Assembly: GCA_977017575.1 (NCBI GenBank)
Contig: CDRNVI010000003.1
Location: forward strand, 496,001 to 560,000
Origin: Paramoeba atlantica
Taxonomy: Eukaryota > Protista > Discosea
DNA length: 64,000 nucleotides
Direction of reading: 5' to 3'
Of this stretch, positions 1-10,056 are shown one piece after another; the first letter of the stretch is position 1, and each line of letters opens with the position of its first letter. The notes beneath the pieces are model-generated. The model saw nothing but the letters and a program-made list of their open reading frames with translations, ran no database searches and was not told the origin of the DNA. The position numbers and the translations under genes were made by a program.

Positions 1-3000
1 ACGCATACTGTAATGCAAAACACCATATAGGGGATGTTTCCGAACAAACGTAAGTGATCATGAAGTCCGATAAGGAGTGATGCAAAAGCTTCATGTAGTA
101 AATCAGAATATGACTTGCTGTGTATTTTACTGAAAGGAGATGTCGCTTTCTCCTGTGAGTGGCGATTTATTTGTTTCTGATGAATATGTGAAACCTGATT
201 TGCTTTTTCGTCGACAATATCTGAAGTTGTTCGTTTGTGAGCAGTTTCGCTCTGCTCAAAGCTTTCCATTGCTTCGCAGACCATAGGAGTCTTGAATTCT
301 TCAGTGTCGTTTAGAGATTCCGCATACCGCTTCTGTTCTAAAGAGCTTAAATCGCGACGAATTGACTCTAGATCCTGCTGCTTGCGGAGATGCGAATCTT
401 TCGATATTTGAAAACTCTTTTCTAGAATTTGAAAGTGCGCTTGATCCTCCGAATTTGAAAATTCATCTAGCTTTAGAATACTCTGCGCACGCTCATATTG
501 TTGACGATGAAGCTCATGTTGTGCGAAGGCTAGTCGCTCTTCATCATAGGCCCTGTCCAACGCTTCTTGTTTGTGAACAACGTCATGTTCGAAAGCATAG
601 AATGAGTTATCCTCTGAAGTACCATTTGATGTATTCAACACTTCATTCAAAGTTGGGTCTACTCCTCCTTGAGCAGCAGGGACTGCCAAACTTTTCTGCG
701 CCGCAGTGTTGGAAGTGGAACGGGACCGAGAGTACTCCGTATTGTTAAGGTCTCGAATGTAAAATACTGAGCGTGATGGAGGGCCTGTAATGCCTAATAG
801 TCGATCAAATCCATCACGCGTGAGGCCGAACTGTTGCGAAAAGTGGATAAGCCTCTTTTCCAATCTTTTTAGATTTCGACAAGTTCGGGCTCCATGATCA
901 GTTTCGCCGCAACACAAACAAAAATGAAAACCCGCCGGGACGTGCCTTTCCGAAAGAGTACACATGTTGTCAGCCTTGTTGAAATAGAGGCAAGGGTAGC
1001 CTTGAGGATGCTTACGACGTTGCCAATTGAATGTGTGTGGCTTTAAAAACCTTACCCAATGCGCTGCAGTTAATATGGCCCATAGACGAGGCACGTCTCG
1101 AAACGACGTCTTGTACCAATGACGTGTCATTACCGTCTCAGCGCAACTTTGAGCATCATCACTAGAGGTCACAAACCAAAGACTGCGAAGATCATCTTCC
1201 GAAGTCACAAACACGTCGTAAAATCGAGTTCTAGAAATCGAAATCACTTTTTGGACTTCATCTAACATAAAATTTCTGCGAAAAGATGATTCATCACTTT
1301 CTTCGCCCGCACCTGAATCATCACTAATAGTATTCTTTGATGTCGATGGTGTTATGTCGGCATTCCTTTTTGTCACTGCTATCGTAACAGAGATAGAAAA
1401 ACGATCATTTATTTTTTCCGTCCCAAAGATTTCCGCTACAGCGGCTACCGATGTTCCCAGATCGTGCGCGAATTGTTGTATTGCACTCCGCAAGCCTTTC
1501 ATTGTGGAACAGTTTGCCGCATCGTGGTGAGAATGCCCACAGCAAAGACAAAAATGTTTATTCTGAATATGTTGAACATTCTTGTTAACACAGTTTCCCG
1601 TGTTGTAAGCGAAGCAAGGAGTTTCTGATATGGAGTAGTCCAATTTCACCCAAAACGGCGTAACAACAGACTCTGTCCATACAGCAGCCAGGAGGGTCCA
1701 AAAGAACGGCATAGATGACGGACATTCTCTTAACAATGCGAAAGCCTTCTTTCTCAATCTCGAATTGTTCCCCATTTTCCAAATATCGCGCAATTTTAAG
1801 TTTGATGCAACAAAATTTTGGTAGATGTCTTGTTTAGAGGCAGTTAGTCGAGTTTTCGAAAGTGAAGGATGTTTATCCATATCTTTCATAAGAAAAACAT
1901 CTCGAAATCTGTTTAACGGTGTAAGGCGAGAAGCCGGAGAGCATGATCTCGTGCGCGCTGAAGGCTGTGCCCGATGATTTTCTACGCTCTCAGATGATGA
2001 CACATTATTAATCACCTGGCTTTTAGTATTTCCGTGCGCGTGAAGTGGCATGGCAGTTTCGTTTAATAGCACCACGATTGTTGGAGGAGGTTCACTTTCT
2101 TGCAACCCGAAGAATTGCATGAGAGTCTCTTCAGATACTTTCAAAAGGACCCCTAAGTCACGCAGAAGACGTTCCAATTTGTTTAGACTTGGACAAATAT
2201 GAGCACCGTGATCACCACGGCCACAGCACAAACAAAAATGAAAGCCCTGTGTTTCGTGATCTTCGTTGCGGTTGCACTTATACTTCTCCAGATTGAAGAA
2301 TAAACACGGACTCTGGTGAATCTTTTTGACGAGCTGCCACGTAAATAATTCTTGAATGTTCGACCTTCCTTTAGTACGGTGCATAGTGGTGAGCAGAGCC
2401 CAGTGAAATGGTGCTTGTAGTCCTGTCAGAGACCAGTGATGAGTCACACGTGTCATGGCTCGTGATCGGATGGATTCGTTAGATCCCATGCTCCATAGCT
2501 CCACAAGCGTTGCGTCTCCATGTTCAATGAAAGTGTGATAGAAATCATCATGTTGCATCGTGACCCGGGGATACACGGCTTCTAAGGTATCATCCTTACG
2601 AATTTCATGTGGCAATACTTTTTCTTCGAGATGTACCGCCTTATGGGCCATATCATTGTACATTTCGCCTTGATGTTCCAGGAAATTTTCATCCAATATA
2701 TACATTTCTTTCTGGGCATTGGTAGACATTTCGATCGCAGTTGGTACGATTTCCTGCTTCGCTGGAGACGATATAAAAGCAAATGGTTTGTTTTCATGAC
2801 GAGTGTGTGGCTCAGTGACGTCATCAGGAAGAAGTTCCAGCCAAGAACCAGCAATGTGACTCGCAAGCGAGATCGTGTCCGGGGATGGCGGCACCAAGTG
2901 TACTTTTAAAAACGGAGAATTACTCAAGGGTCGTTTTTCATGAAACTCAGAGTGATTGGCATCACTCTCAAGAAATTCAGAGTATCCCGTACCTTGTTTC

Positions 3001-3944
3001 CGGAATTCTGAAGATGTGTACATTGCGAGATCCCGAAACTCGTCCACATTGGTTGCATTCATTTCATCGTGAATTCTATCTCCTTGTGAGGGTATGTACC
3101 GATTTCGATTTCTTCTACGTTGGGCGTTTGCAGTTTCGTACGGCATCGGTGTGCCTTCCAGACGTGCATTGCTTTCGGCTTCCTGATTTTCTAGTGCATA
3201 GTACTCACCATAGGGCGCACTAGCGGAATTTTCAAATCCGGGTGTCATACCGCGACGAGCTCGAAACACTCTTCCTGCGTCATATTCTGACGTAGATGGG
3301 GGGTACGGAACACGACGACCTCGCATCATCGAGCCATGAAGAGAGCCACGATGGACAGGTGAAATCGAAACGTCAGGTGAAATCGGAGGAGGGAGAGGGT
3401 AAGGAACATCCATCGGGTGGCCCATTCCCCCGCGGTCCATTCGTCCGCGCGTGTTCCTGCCACGGCGAGAAAAGTGGGGGACCGGGTCGCGTCCTAGAGC
3501 GCCTGGCATGGGGTACCCGTGCTCGGTAAATCCTGGCGGGGGATAAAACGACGGGGGGACAGGACCGTAGGGTCCACTGTCAGGGTGCTGTGGGGAGGGT
3601 AGAAAAGGGGGAAGAAAGTCGGAGTCGTGCTCCATTTCCGGAGCAAAGGGCATGCCACCACCGCGTTGAGTCCTGCGGGAAATCCTACCCTCTCGAGGGC
3701 GCGAGTGTGTCAGTCGTTGTGGCCCACTTCGAGAGGTATGTCTGTCACCCCGACGTCTCGGCTCAGGTCGATCGGAATCGTGTTGCCTGTCACTGGGAAT
3801 CTCGGTGTGTGGTTCTTTTGCAAGGTCTTTCGATGTAACACGTTTAAGAACCCGTATGGGTGGAGTGCGTTCCTCAGGCCGCTTCGCAGAGCCCGTCATG
3901 TCGGCGCAAGTTAATTCTTTGTGACTGGGGCTTTCTGAGGTCAT
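1..3944 (-). CDS. Large protein (at least 1314 aa, 3' end outside the window): Pro/Arg/Gly-rich N-terminus, three tandem Cys/His zinc modules each ending in a CCHC knuckle, then a coiled-coil-like stretch
   Basis: I translated the minus frame by hand: no stop from ATG 3944 (upstream TGA at 3954-3956) to position 3. It is absent from the ORF track, probably because it has no stop in the window. Modules: PCLFFNLEKYKCNRNEDHETQGFHFCLCCGRGDHGAHIC (2306-2193), PCFAYNTGNCVNKNVQHIQNKHFCLCCGHSHHDAANC (1616-1509), PCLYFNKADNMCTLSERHVPAGFHFCLCCGETDHGARTC (992-879). Confidence 0.9.
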   Translation of the reverse strand, partial: MTSESPSHKELTCADMTGSAKRPEERTPPIRVLKRVTSKDLAKEPHTEIPSDRQHDSDRPEPRRRGDRHTSRSGPQRLTHSRPREGRISRRTQRGGGMPFAPEMEHDSDFLPPFLPSPQHPDSGPYGPVPPSFYPPPGFTEHGYPMPGALGRDPVPHFSRRGRNTRGRMDRGGMGHPMDVPYPLPPPISPDVSISPVHRGSLHGSMMRGRRVPYPPSTSEYDAGRVFRARRGMTPGFENSASAPYGEYYALENQEAESNARLEGTPMPYETANAQRRRNRNRYIPSQGDRIHDEMNATNVDEFRDLAMYTSSEFRKQGTGYSEFLESDANHSEFHEKRPLSNSPFLKVHLVPPSPDTISLASHIAGSWLELLPDDVTEPHTRHENKPFAFISSPAKQEIVPTAIEMSTNAQKEMYILDENFLEHQGEMYNDMAHKAVHLEEKVLPHEIRKDDTLEAVYPRVTMQHDDFYHTFIEHGDATLVELWSMGSNESIRSRAMTRVTHHWSLTGLQAPFHWALLTTMHRTKGRSNIQELFTWQLVKKIHQSPCLFFNLEKYKCNRNEDHETQGFHFCLCCGRGDHGAHICPSLNKLERLLRDLGVLLKVSEETLMQFFGLQESEPPPTIVVLLNETAMPLHAHGNTKSQVINNVSSSESVENHRAQPSARTRSCSPASRLTPLNRFRDVFLMKDMDKHPSLSKTRLTASKQDIYQNFVASNLKLRDIWKMGNNSRLRKKAFALLRECPSSMPFFWTLLAAVWTESVVTPFWVKLDYSISETPCFAYNTGNCVNKNVQHIQNKHFCLCCGHSHHDAANCSTMKGLRSAIQQFAHDLGTSVAAVAEIFGTEKINDRFSISVTIAVTKRNADITPSTSKNTISDDSGAGEESDESSFRRNFMLDEVQKVISISRTRFYDVFVTSEDDLRSLWFVTSSDDAQSCAETVMTRHWYKTSFRDVPRLWAILTAAHWVRFLKPHTFNWQRRKHPQGYPCLYFNKADNMCTLSERHVPAGFHFCLCCGETDHGARTCRNLKRLEKRLIHFSQQFGLTRDGFDRLLGITGPPSRSVFYIRDLNNTEYSRSRSTSNTAAQKSLAVPAAQGGVDPTLNEVLNTSNGTSEDNSFYAFEHDVVHKQEALDRAYDEERLAFAQHELHRQQYERAQSILKLDEFSNSEDQAHFQILEKSFQISKDSHLRKQQDLESIRRDLSSLEQKRYAESLNDTEEFKTPMVCEAMESFEQSETAHKRTTSDIVDEKANQVSHIHQKQINRHSQEKATSPFSKIHSKSYSDLLHEAFASLLIGLHDHLRLFGNIPYMVFCITVC

Positions 3945-5191
3945 GACATAAAATCACCGATACGCGTAAAGATTCTGATAAGAAACTAGAACACAAAAGG
4001 CAAATTATTGATAGGAGAATATGTTTTGATAACTTTTGCATGTCTATGTGCATGCGTGTAATACAACGTGCGTGCATGTATATCAATAGTGCATCTTACA
4101 AAAAGGTAGGACATTTCGTGAAGCGCAACAGGAAGAATAGAGAACACATAAATTTCATAAATAGAGAACAACTGAAAACTCGCTGATAAGACACTTTTTC
4201 CTATACACCCCCATATAACGATCATATCGATCGTGCAAATCCGTTTAATCAAGATAATGTGAAAACACAAACATGCGCTAACGTTACGAAGCTAGAAAAT
4301 ACACAGCAAGAAAGAATAGCAAACCTAAATAGTTCATATAGGAAAACTAGAGAGGAATGTGGCGCGAGATTAAAGCCCTACGAAAGAAAAATCAGACTCA
4401 AAAGATATAAGGTTGAGAGCGAGTGATACGAAATGCAAAAAATAACACAACTAATCACAAAAGTGACGGTGTTGCATAAAAAGTGCGAGACGTGCAATAT
4501 AGCTTATATTGGCTTTCGCAATATAACATCGGAAAAGGTCTGTATAACATCGAAAAAAAATGGAAGTATCGAGGCTCGTTGAGAACCAAATCAAACAATC
4601 GAGTAACGAAATAACTCACTCCAGAAAAAGAAAGTGCATAGAATAGACGTTTAAAAAATATGGTTCATAGAAAACTATAGCAAACTGGGAGAACATTTAA
4701 CTTTTTTTTATACGAAATCGAAATTTATAAAAAATTAGCAGAATTATTATAAAAAATTGTAAGAAAACCGCCTCGACTCGAAAACCATCTTTGAGATAAA
4801 CAAATTTGGAGAGCCGAGTTTAAGGACCGCACAATCAAGAAATTGCTACTTAAAATAACATAAAGTTCATATCACCTTATGAAAACGCTAAATCATTTAC
4901 TTAACCCCATACTCTTAAAATTCCGTCACACACAACAGACGACATGCGTACCTTATCTAGCTGACCCTTTCAATCTTCTCCACGTCACGTTGTTCTATCC
5001 TGCTTTATCTCTCCTTCCAAACTTCCTCCAAACTCCTTTCTTTCTCAAACACAAGATTTACATCGTAGACCCAAAAAGACCCTGAGGCAAAGTCCCATCC
5101 TAAACCCCAATTTAAAACGACCCTACTACCACAGTACTGTACTCGTCAATACAATACCCCCTTGGTCCCCCCCACCCCCTCCCCCCCCGGC

Positions 5192-5872
5192 TCACCCCCG
5201 GGACTGCACCATCAGCGTCGCCCCGTCCTCCGTCATGTGCCCGTTCATCTCCGACACCGCCGCGTCGGCCTCCGCCTTGGAGGCGTAGTGCACGAAGGCG
5301 TACCGCCCCCGGGCGGGGTTGCGCCCCTCCCGCGGGCCGTCCACCCGGGTGACCGCCCCGAACGGCGCGAACAGCCCGTGCACGGTGCTCTCCGACATCG
5401 CGTGCGGGAGGCCCGCGACGTAGACCGTCGTGGGGTCGGGGTCCGAGGCCCGGGGGCGCTTGTTGTAGCCGTAGTCCACGGCCCCGGGGTAGGGGGCGGG
5501 GCTGCCCCCGGGGTAGGGGGGCGGGGGAACGGCACGGGGGTAGGGGGAGGGGAGGGGAGCGCCCCGGGGGAGGGCGGGGGTGGCGGGGATACTTTGTGCC
5601 ATCATGCGGTCGTCCAGTTCGACGGGGCTTACGGTGACGGTGAGGGGGGTGTTGACGAAGCCCACGCAGTAGGGTTGGTTGGAGAGGAATTGGAGTACCC
5701 GGGAGGCGTTCTCGATGCGGTCGAATCGGGCGTAGCCGGTGCATCCGACGCCTGTGGGACTGGGTAGCAGGGCGGCGTTGACGAAACCGTTGGCGAAACG
5801 AAAGAAGGTGGAGAATTCACGGGGGGTGATGTCAACGGGTAAGCCGGTAACGACGAGGGTGGCAGAAGCCAT
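5192..5872 (-). CDS. Two-RRM RNA-binding protein (N-terminal RRM RBPMS/couch-potato-like) with Pro/Tyr-rich linker
   Basis: RNP2-like LVVTGLP and VYVAGLP; RNP1-like TGYARF and RYAFVHY; the PREF..FF motif resembles RBPMS-type RRMs. Confidence 0.85.
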   Translation of the reverse strand: MASATLVVTGLPVDITPREFSTFFRFANGFVNAALLPSPTGVGCTGYARFDRIENASRVLQFLSNQPYCVGFVNTPLTVTVSPVELDDRMMAQSIPATPALPRGAPLPSPYPRAVPPPPYPGGSPAPYPGAVDYGYNKRPRASDPDPTTVYVAGLPHAMSESTVHGLFAPFGAVTRVDGPREGRNPARGRYAFVHYASKAEADAAVSEMNGHMTEDGATLMVQSRG

Positions 5873-6063
5873 GTAGACGGAGTGATAAAGGTAGAAAAGT
5901 GCGTAGAAGTTTGTAAAGTTTATGAGTTTGGATGAAAAGAGTCGAATAAAGATGAAGGGTAAAATCCAATTATGAGGTGAAGCACAATTATGAGTGAATT
6001 CATCCGAAATACGATGATATTCTGGTATTCCGGAAAGATTGAGCTCCGTCGTACGTGGTCTTG

Positions 6064-7101
6064 CTAGGATTTGAGATGCTCACCCGGTTCACAGGTCTCC
6101 AACAAATGGTACATGCGCCGCAAAGTTTGATTGGCACCACGATTGTAGCGTTGAGCAAAGCCTTCTACAGCCTCGACAACGTCTACCTTTGGGCCCAGGC
6201 CCTGTTCATGCATCGTCTGGCGCAGCTGAACTCCTCGGAGGGCTTCATCCTCTTCATCACTCCACGGTTTACTGGAGTCCCACTTTGTGACATCGATCAC
6301 GGCATGACTGGTGGGATCCTTGCAGTGAGGGCAGCACTCACACCCGGTTTCATCTCGAATCGAAGGTAGTCGCATAGTTCCGTACCCGGTGCAACTGTGA
6401 GTAAATATCGGAACTCCTTCTACGTGACACAGGTGCGTATGATGACGGGGTGAGGTCCAAGACAGGGCATCGCGTTCGGTTTCCCAGTGGGCATCCTCCA
6501 GAGCGTAAGACAATATTCTCTCGTAGCCGGAGTGAGATTTTCCGAATAAGCCCCCAGCGAGCGCCTCTGGGGTAGTATCGTATTCCAGACACCATAGCAT
6601 AATACGTGGAACATCCACGCGAATACGTGAACATGTATTGTATTTCTGATCGTGACAGATAAGAAGAATTCGGGCGTCTTTTGATGCTGGATAGTTGTCC
6701 AAAACTTTCTGAAATTCTATAGCTTCTGCAACCTCTTCTAAAGGATTTTCCGATATTATGGTTCTCACGAATAATAGCGGCTGTATAGGACCTTCAAGCA
6801 GGGCTTTGTACCTTGAGAAGCGTTGCAAATAATCGTTTTGAATTTTTGGATTGCTTATGTCGAAATGAGTAAAACATGTGTGCTTACCACGAAAAAGTAA
6901 CCATATGCCAACTGGGTCTGCCACTGCAGGTTCTGGAAAAAAGTCCGAAAGATTGGAGCGGCGCGTATATTGAGTTATTGCGTCGAATGAGCAACGAACA
7001 AATTCATATGGGGAGAGTGAATCATCTGTCTTCCGCAGCGCAAGTTTCGATATGGCAAGCGAGGGTCCGCACCACCCGCCTATACAGACAAGACGTCGCA
7101 T
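6064..7101 (-). CDS. DUF1796-like (putative papain-like cysteine peptidase) protein with C-terminal Cys cluster and SANT/Myb-like helix
   Basis: N-terminal LVCIGGWCGPSL...LR...SPYEFVRCSF fits the DUF1796 pattern (SLGxxC...LR...PFDW); C-terminal CCPHC...H and WSDEEDEAL. Confidence 0.6.
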   Translation of the reverse strand: MRRLVCIGGWCGPSLAISKLALRKTDDSLSPYEFVRCSFDAITQYTRRSNLSDFFPEPAVADPVGIWLLFRGKHTCFTHFDISNPKIQNDYLQRFSRYKALLEGPIQPLLFVRTIISENPLEEVAEAIEFQKVLDNYPASKDARILLICHDQKYNTCSRIRVDVPRIMLWCLEYDTTPEALAGGLFGKSHSGYERILSYALEDAHWETERDALSWTSPRHHTHLCHVEGVPIFTHSCTGYGTMRLPSIRDETGCECCPHCKDPTSHAVIDVTKWDSSKPWSDEEDEALRGVQLRQTMHEQGLGPKVDVVEAVEGFAQRYNRGANQTLRRMYHLLETCEPGEHLKS

Positions 7102-7206
7102 GTGCCCAAAGGCAATTTACAAAACGATAGTATAATGAACGATTGAATACATTAACTTGCACGCATGACTCCATACAGAGCTGTTATTTGAGAATTTTTA
7201 TTGAGG

Positions 7207-7259
7207 GAGATACGGAGTATGTAACTCGTTGTAACAGCGAGTTACATACTCCGTATCTC
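7207..7259. repeat. Perfect 22-bp inverted repeat (hairpin) with 9-nt loop
   Basis: GAGATACGGAGTATGTAACTCG (7207-7228) is the exact reverse complement of CGAGTTACATACTCCGTATCTC (7238-7259). Confidence 0.95.
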
Positions 7260-7355
7260 ATCCTGTATAGGGTAAATTCAAAATTGTAAACAATAACACG
7301 AAATGAACGGCACAGGTGTGCGCCCGAAATTACAAAGCGCACTCGTACCATATAT

Positions 7356-7488
7356 AGATGTAGCAGATTCCCACTGAAAAGAAATCGTATCTCCCTGCAC
7401 GAGAAATGCTTACCTATGCGCTTGCTAGCTTGGAGCCAACTTCGTGCAGGGAGATACGATTTCTTTTCAGTGGGAATCTGCTACATCT
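7356..7488. repeat. Perfect 47-bp inverted repeat with 39-nt spacer (MITE-like/foldback)
   Basis: AGATGTAGCAGATTCCCACTGAAAAGAAATCGTATCTCCCTGCACGA (7356-7402) is exactly reverse-complemented at 7442-7488. Confidence 0.95.
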
Positions 7489-7656
7489 GTTGCTTCGTAT
7501 CTCCCTCTCCCCTTTATACCTGGATTCTACAAAAACAGTTTTGTCTTATCAATCAGTAAAATCAATCAGTTTCGTCTTAAACTTCGTAAAACGTTAGATG
7601 GTACCAATGGTTCGTTAGATGGTACCAATGTTCACGATCAGTGGCAAACACCCTAA

Positions 7657-8098
7657 GAAAAAGGCCACCCTCTGAAAAAGGGGCCACCTGGCCACACCCT
7701 GAAAAACTGGCCACCTGACCACCCTAAGAAAAAGTGGCCACCTGGCCACACCCTGAAAAAGTCGCCACCTGGCTACACCCTGAAAAAGGGGCCACCTGGC
7801 CGCACCCTGAAAAAGTGGCCCCCTGGTCGCCTTGTGAAAGAGTGGCCACCTGACCACCCTCAGAAAGATGGGCCACCTGACCACCCTCTGAAAAAGTGGC
7901 CACCTGGCCACCCTCTGAAAAAGTGTCTACCCGGCCACCCTAAAAAAAAGTGGCCACCTGGTCGCCCTGTGAAAGAGTGGCCACCTAGCCACCCTCAGAA
8001 AGAGGGGCCAGCTGGCTACACCCTGAAAAACTGGCCACCTGGCCACTCCCCGAAAAAGTGGCCAGCTGGCCACCCACTGAAAAAGTGACCAGCTGTCC
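7657..8098. repeat. Tandem array of 16 x 27-bp units (consensus TGGCCACCTGGCCACACCCTGAAAAAG)
   Basis: Strict 27-nt period without indels; in the + frame 7657-8088 it reads as 16 repeats of (W/G)PP(G/D)H(P/T)LKK with no ATG. Confidence 0.95.
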
Positions 8099-8510
8099 TT
8101 TCGTGCAGGAGGTGGGGAGCTTGCGACTTTTTTTAGACGTCGCTATTCATCTTACGTATAAGAAACATCTTCTTCCCAACAAGTTGATTCGACGTACTCC
8201 TTGGCCTTAGGTCAAGCCATAGGTCAAGCGTACCCGGAACTTCTCTTCATGCACGGACAGCTTCTCGATGATTCTAGACTTTAGATCGGACCGAATCGTC
8301 ACACGCCTTCGATTCAAATCTCCGACAAAGCTATTCCAAATGTTTTTTAATACTGTCACCATGTCACGTTCGTCTTTAGAACTCACAGACAATCGGAACT
8401 TTTTGGGGTAGTTAATGCCTGCCCGCAAAAACTTAGTTCCGTCATCGGCCCAGCCTAAACTTTGCAGAACGCACCGAAAAAAGATTTAAATTGGCTGATA
8501 AAACGAAAAT

Positions 8511-8569
8511 ATGGCTACTCATGCCAACTCATGCCAATTCATGCCAACTTGTGCCAATTCATGCCAACC
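8511..8569. repeat. 10-bp tandem repeat (ATGCCAA(C/T)TC) x5-6
   Basis: atggctactc atgccaactc atgccaattc atgccaactt gtgccaattc atgccaacc. Confidence 0.9.
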
Positions 8570-8589
8570 AAGACTTGCACAGTCTCCAA

Positions 8590-9260
8590 TGCGAACTGTA
8601 TTTTTTAGTAGTCAGCTGGCCATTTTTCCAGGTGGTGGCCAGCTCACCATTGTGCCAGGGGGTGGCCAGCTGGCCACTTTTTCAAGGCCAAGAAAATCAT
8701 ACTTTTTTTTCATTCATTTGTTATGCCGTCGGCGAGTGAAATGCGTTTCAAGAAAAAGATAGTTCTGGAAGTTAGTTTAGGAGCACAAAAATATTCCCCG
8801 AACTTTGAAACAGCTGTAGTCTGTCAATTTTGGGAACATAATCAAGCATCTTCGCGTTTTTTTCGGATTTGAAATGTCCGTCTCTAAGCCGCACTCCGGG
8901 TCGCGTTTTTGGCAAAAGGGTTTGCGTATACGAAACGCAAACTGTATTTTTTGGTAGTGAGCTAGCCATTTTTACAGGTGGTGGCCAGCTCGCCACTGTG
9001 CCAGGGTGTGGCCAGCTGGCCACTTTTTCAGCGCCGAAAAAATCATACCTTTTTTTCGTTCATTTGTTATGCCGTCGGCGAGTGAAATGCGTTTCAAAAA
9101 AAAGATAGTTCTGGAAGTTAGTTCAAAAATATTCCCCAAGCTTTGATACAGCTGTAGTCTGTCAATTTTGGGAACAAATTCAAGCATCTTCGCGTTTTTT
9201 TTGGATTTGAAAATTTCCGTTTCTGAGCCGCATTCCGAGTCTCGTTTTCGGTAAAAGCGT
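8590..9260. repeat. Diverged tandem duplication (~346-bp period) carrying inverted copies of the 27-bp motif
   Basis: gcgaactgtattttt at 8591 and gcaaactgtattttt at 8937 start near-identical blocks (e.g. ttcatttgttatgccgtcggcgagtgaaatgcgtttcaa and acagctgtagtctgtcaattttgggaaca occur in both). Each holds GGTGGCCAGCTGGCCACTTTTTCA, the reverse complement of the array unit. Confidence 0.9.
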
Positions 9261-10056
9261 TCTAAAAACGGCGGACTGTACTCGACTTTTTTCATTTTTG
9301 GAGAATTACAGACATTGATTGATGAGCCATACCTCTGTTTTTAAATTTTTTGAAAAAATCGTTTTTGTGCTCGTTTTATGCCGATTTTGGGCTCGTGGAA
9401 TTAACCTTAGTAAGCGAGTTAGATACTCACCGTATCTCTCTCAACTTTCAGCCTACATTTATACTGCATATTACCCCTTATTGCGGTGGTTGTATAGCTA
9501 CCGCTCTACCCTCGATTATTGAAAAGAAAGTGAACAAAAACAGTGAAAATATAAAGAGGAACACTGTAAAATAATAGAAGAAAAAATAAAAGGGGGCTCC
9601 GGTGAAAGAAATTGAAAAGTTCTGAAAACAAATTGAAAAAAATGGGGGGTCTAGGGGGGGTCCAGGGGGGGGGGGTCATGGTCGAGCAATTTTTTTTGAA
9701 AAAATTATTTTTCGAAAAAAGTCCTCAGAAGGGGTAGCCGAGGTCTTGGCGCCCATTTTCCACCCCCCTTCCCGGGGGTGACCCCCCCTCGTATGCACAG
9801 GACGGGTCTGCCAAATTCGGAAAAAAACGACAAAAAGTAATTTTCGGACCCCAAGGGGCCTTTTCGTGTCGAAAGAATGGTGTGGTTTGAGTCCCATTCT
9901 CTACCCAATACGTTCGGTAGGCTTATATTCATGCCTACGACTGATTTCCCACGCGCAAATATCGGATTTGACCCCATTTATATGACCCCATTTTTACCCG
10001 AAAATCGGCTATTTTTGGCTATAATCTCTCCGTTTTCCTTAGCTTTCCGGGCCAAA

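Noticed and set aside
362-3914. Small plus-strand and off-frame ORFs listed in the track for 0.3-3.9 kb
   Set aside because: All overlap the long minus-strand zinc-module ORF, which explains the region.
5112-5767. Long overlapping ORFs around the RRM gene (similar ones at 20820-21401, 27082-27576, 48181-49521)
   Set aside because: Stop-poor alternative frames produced by the GC-rich skew islands; no independent motifs.
7657-8098. CRISPR array
   Set aside because: Units are contiguous 27-mers with no unique spacers, there are no cas genes, and the context is eukaryotic.
8207-8480. Minus-strand ORF fragment between the repeat arms
   Set aside because: No ATG and no recognisable domain; noted only as spacer content.
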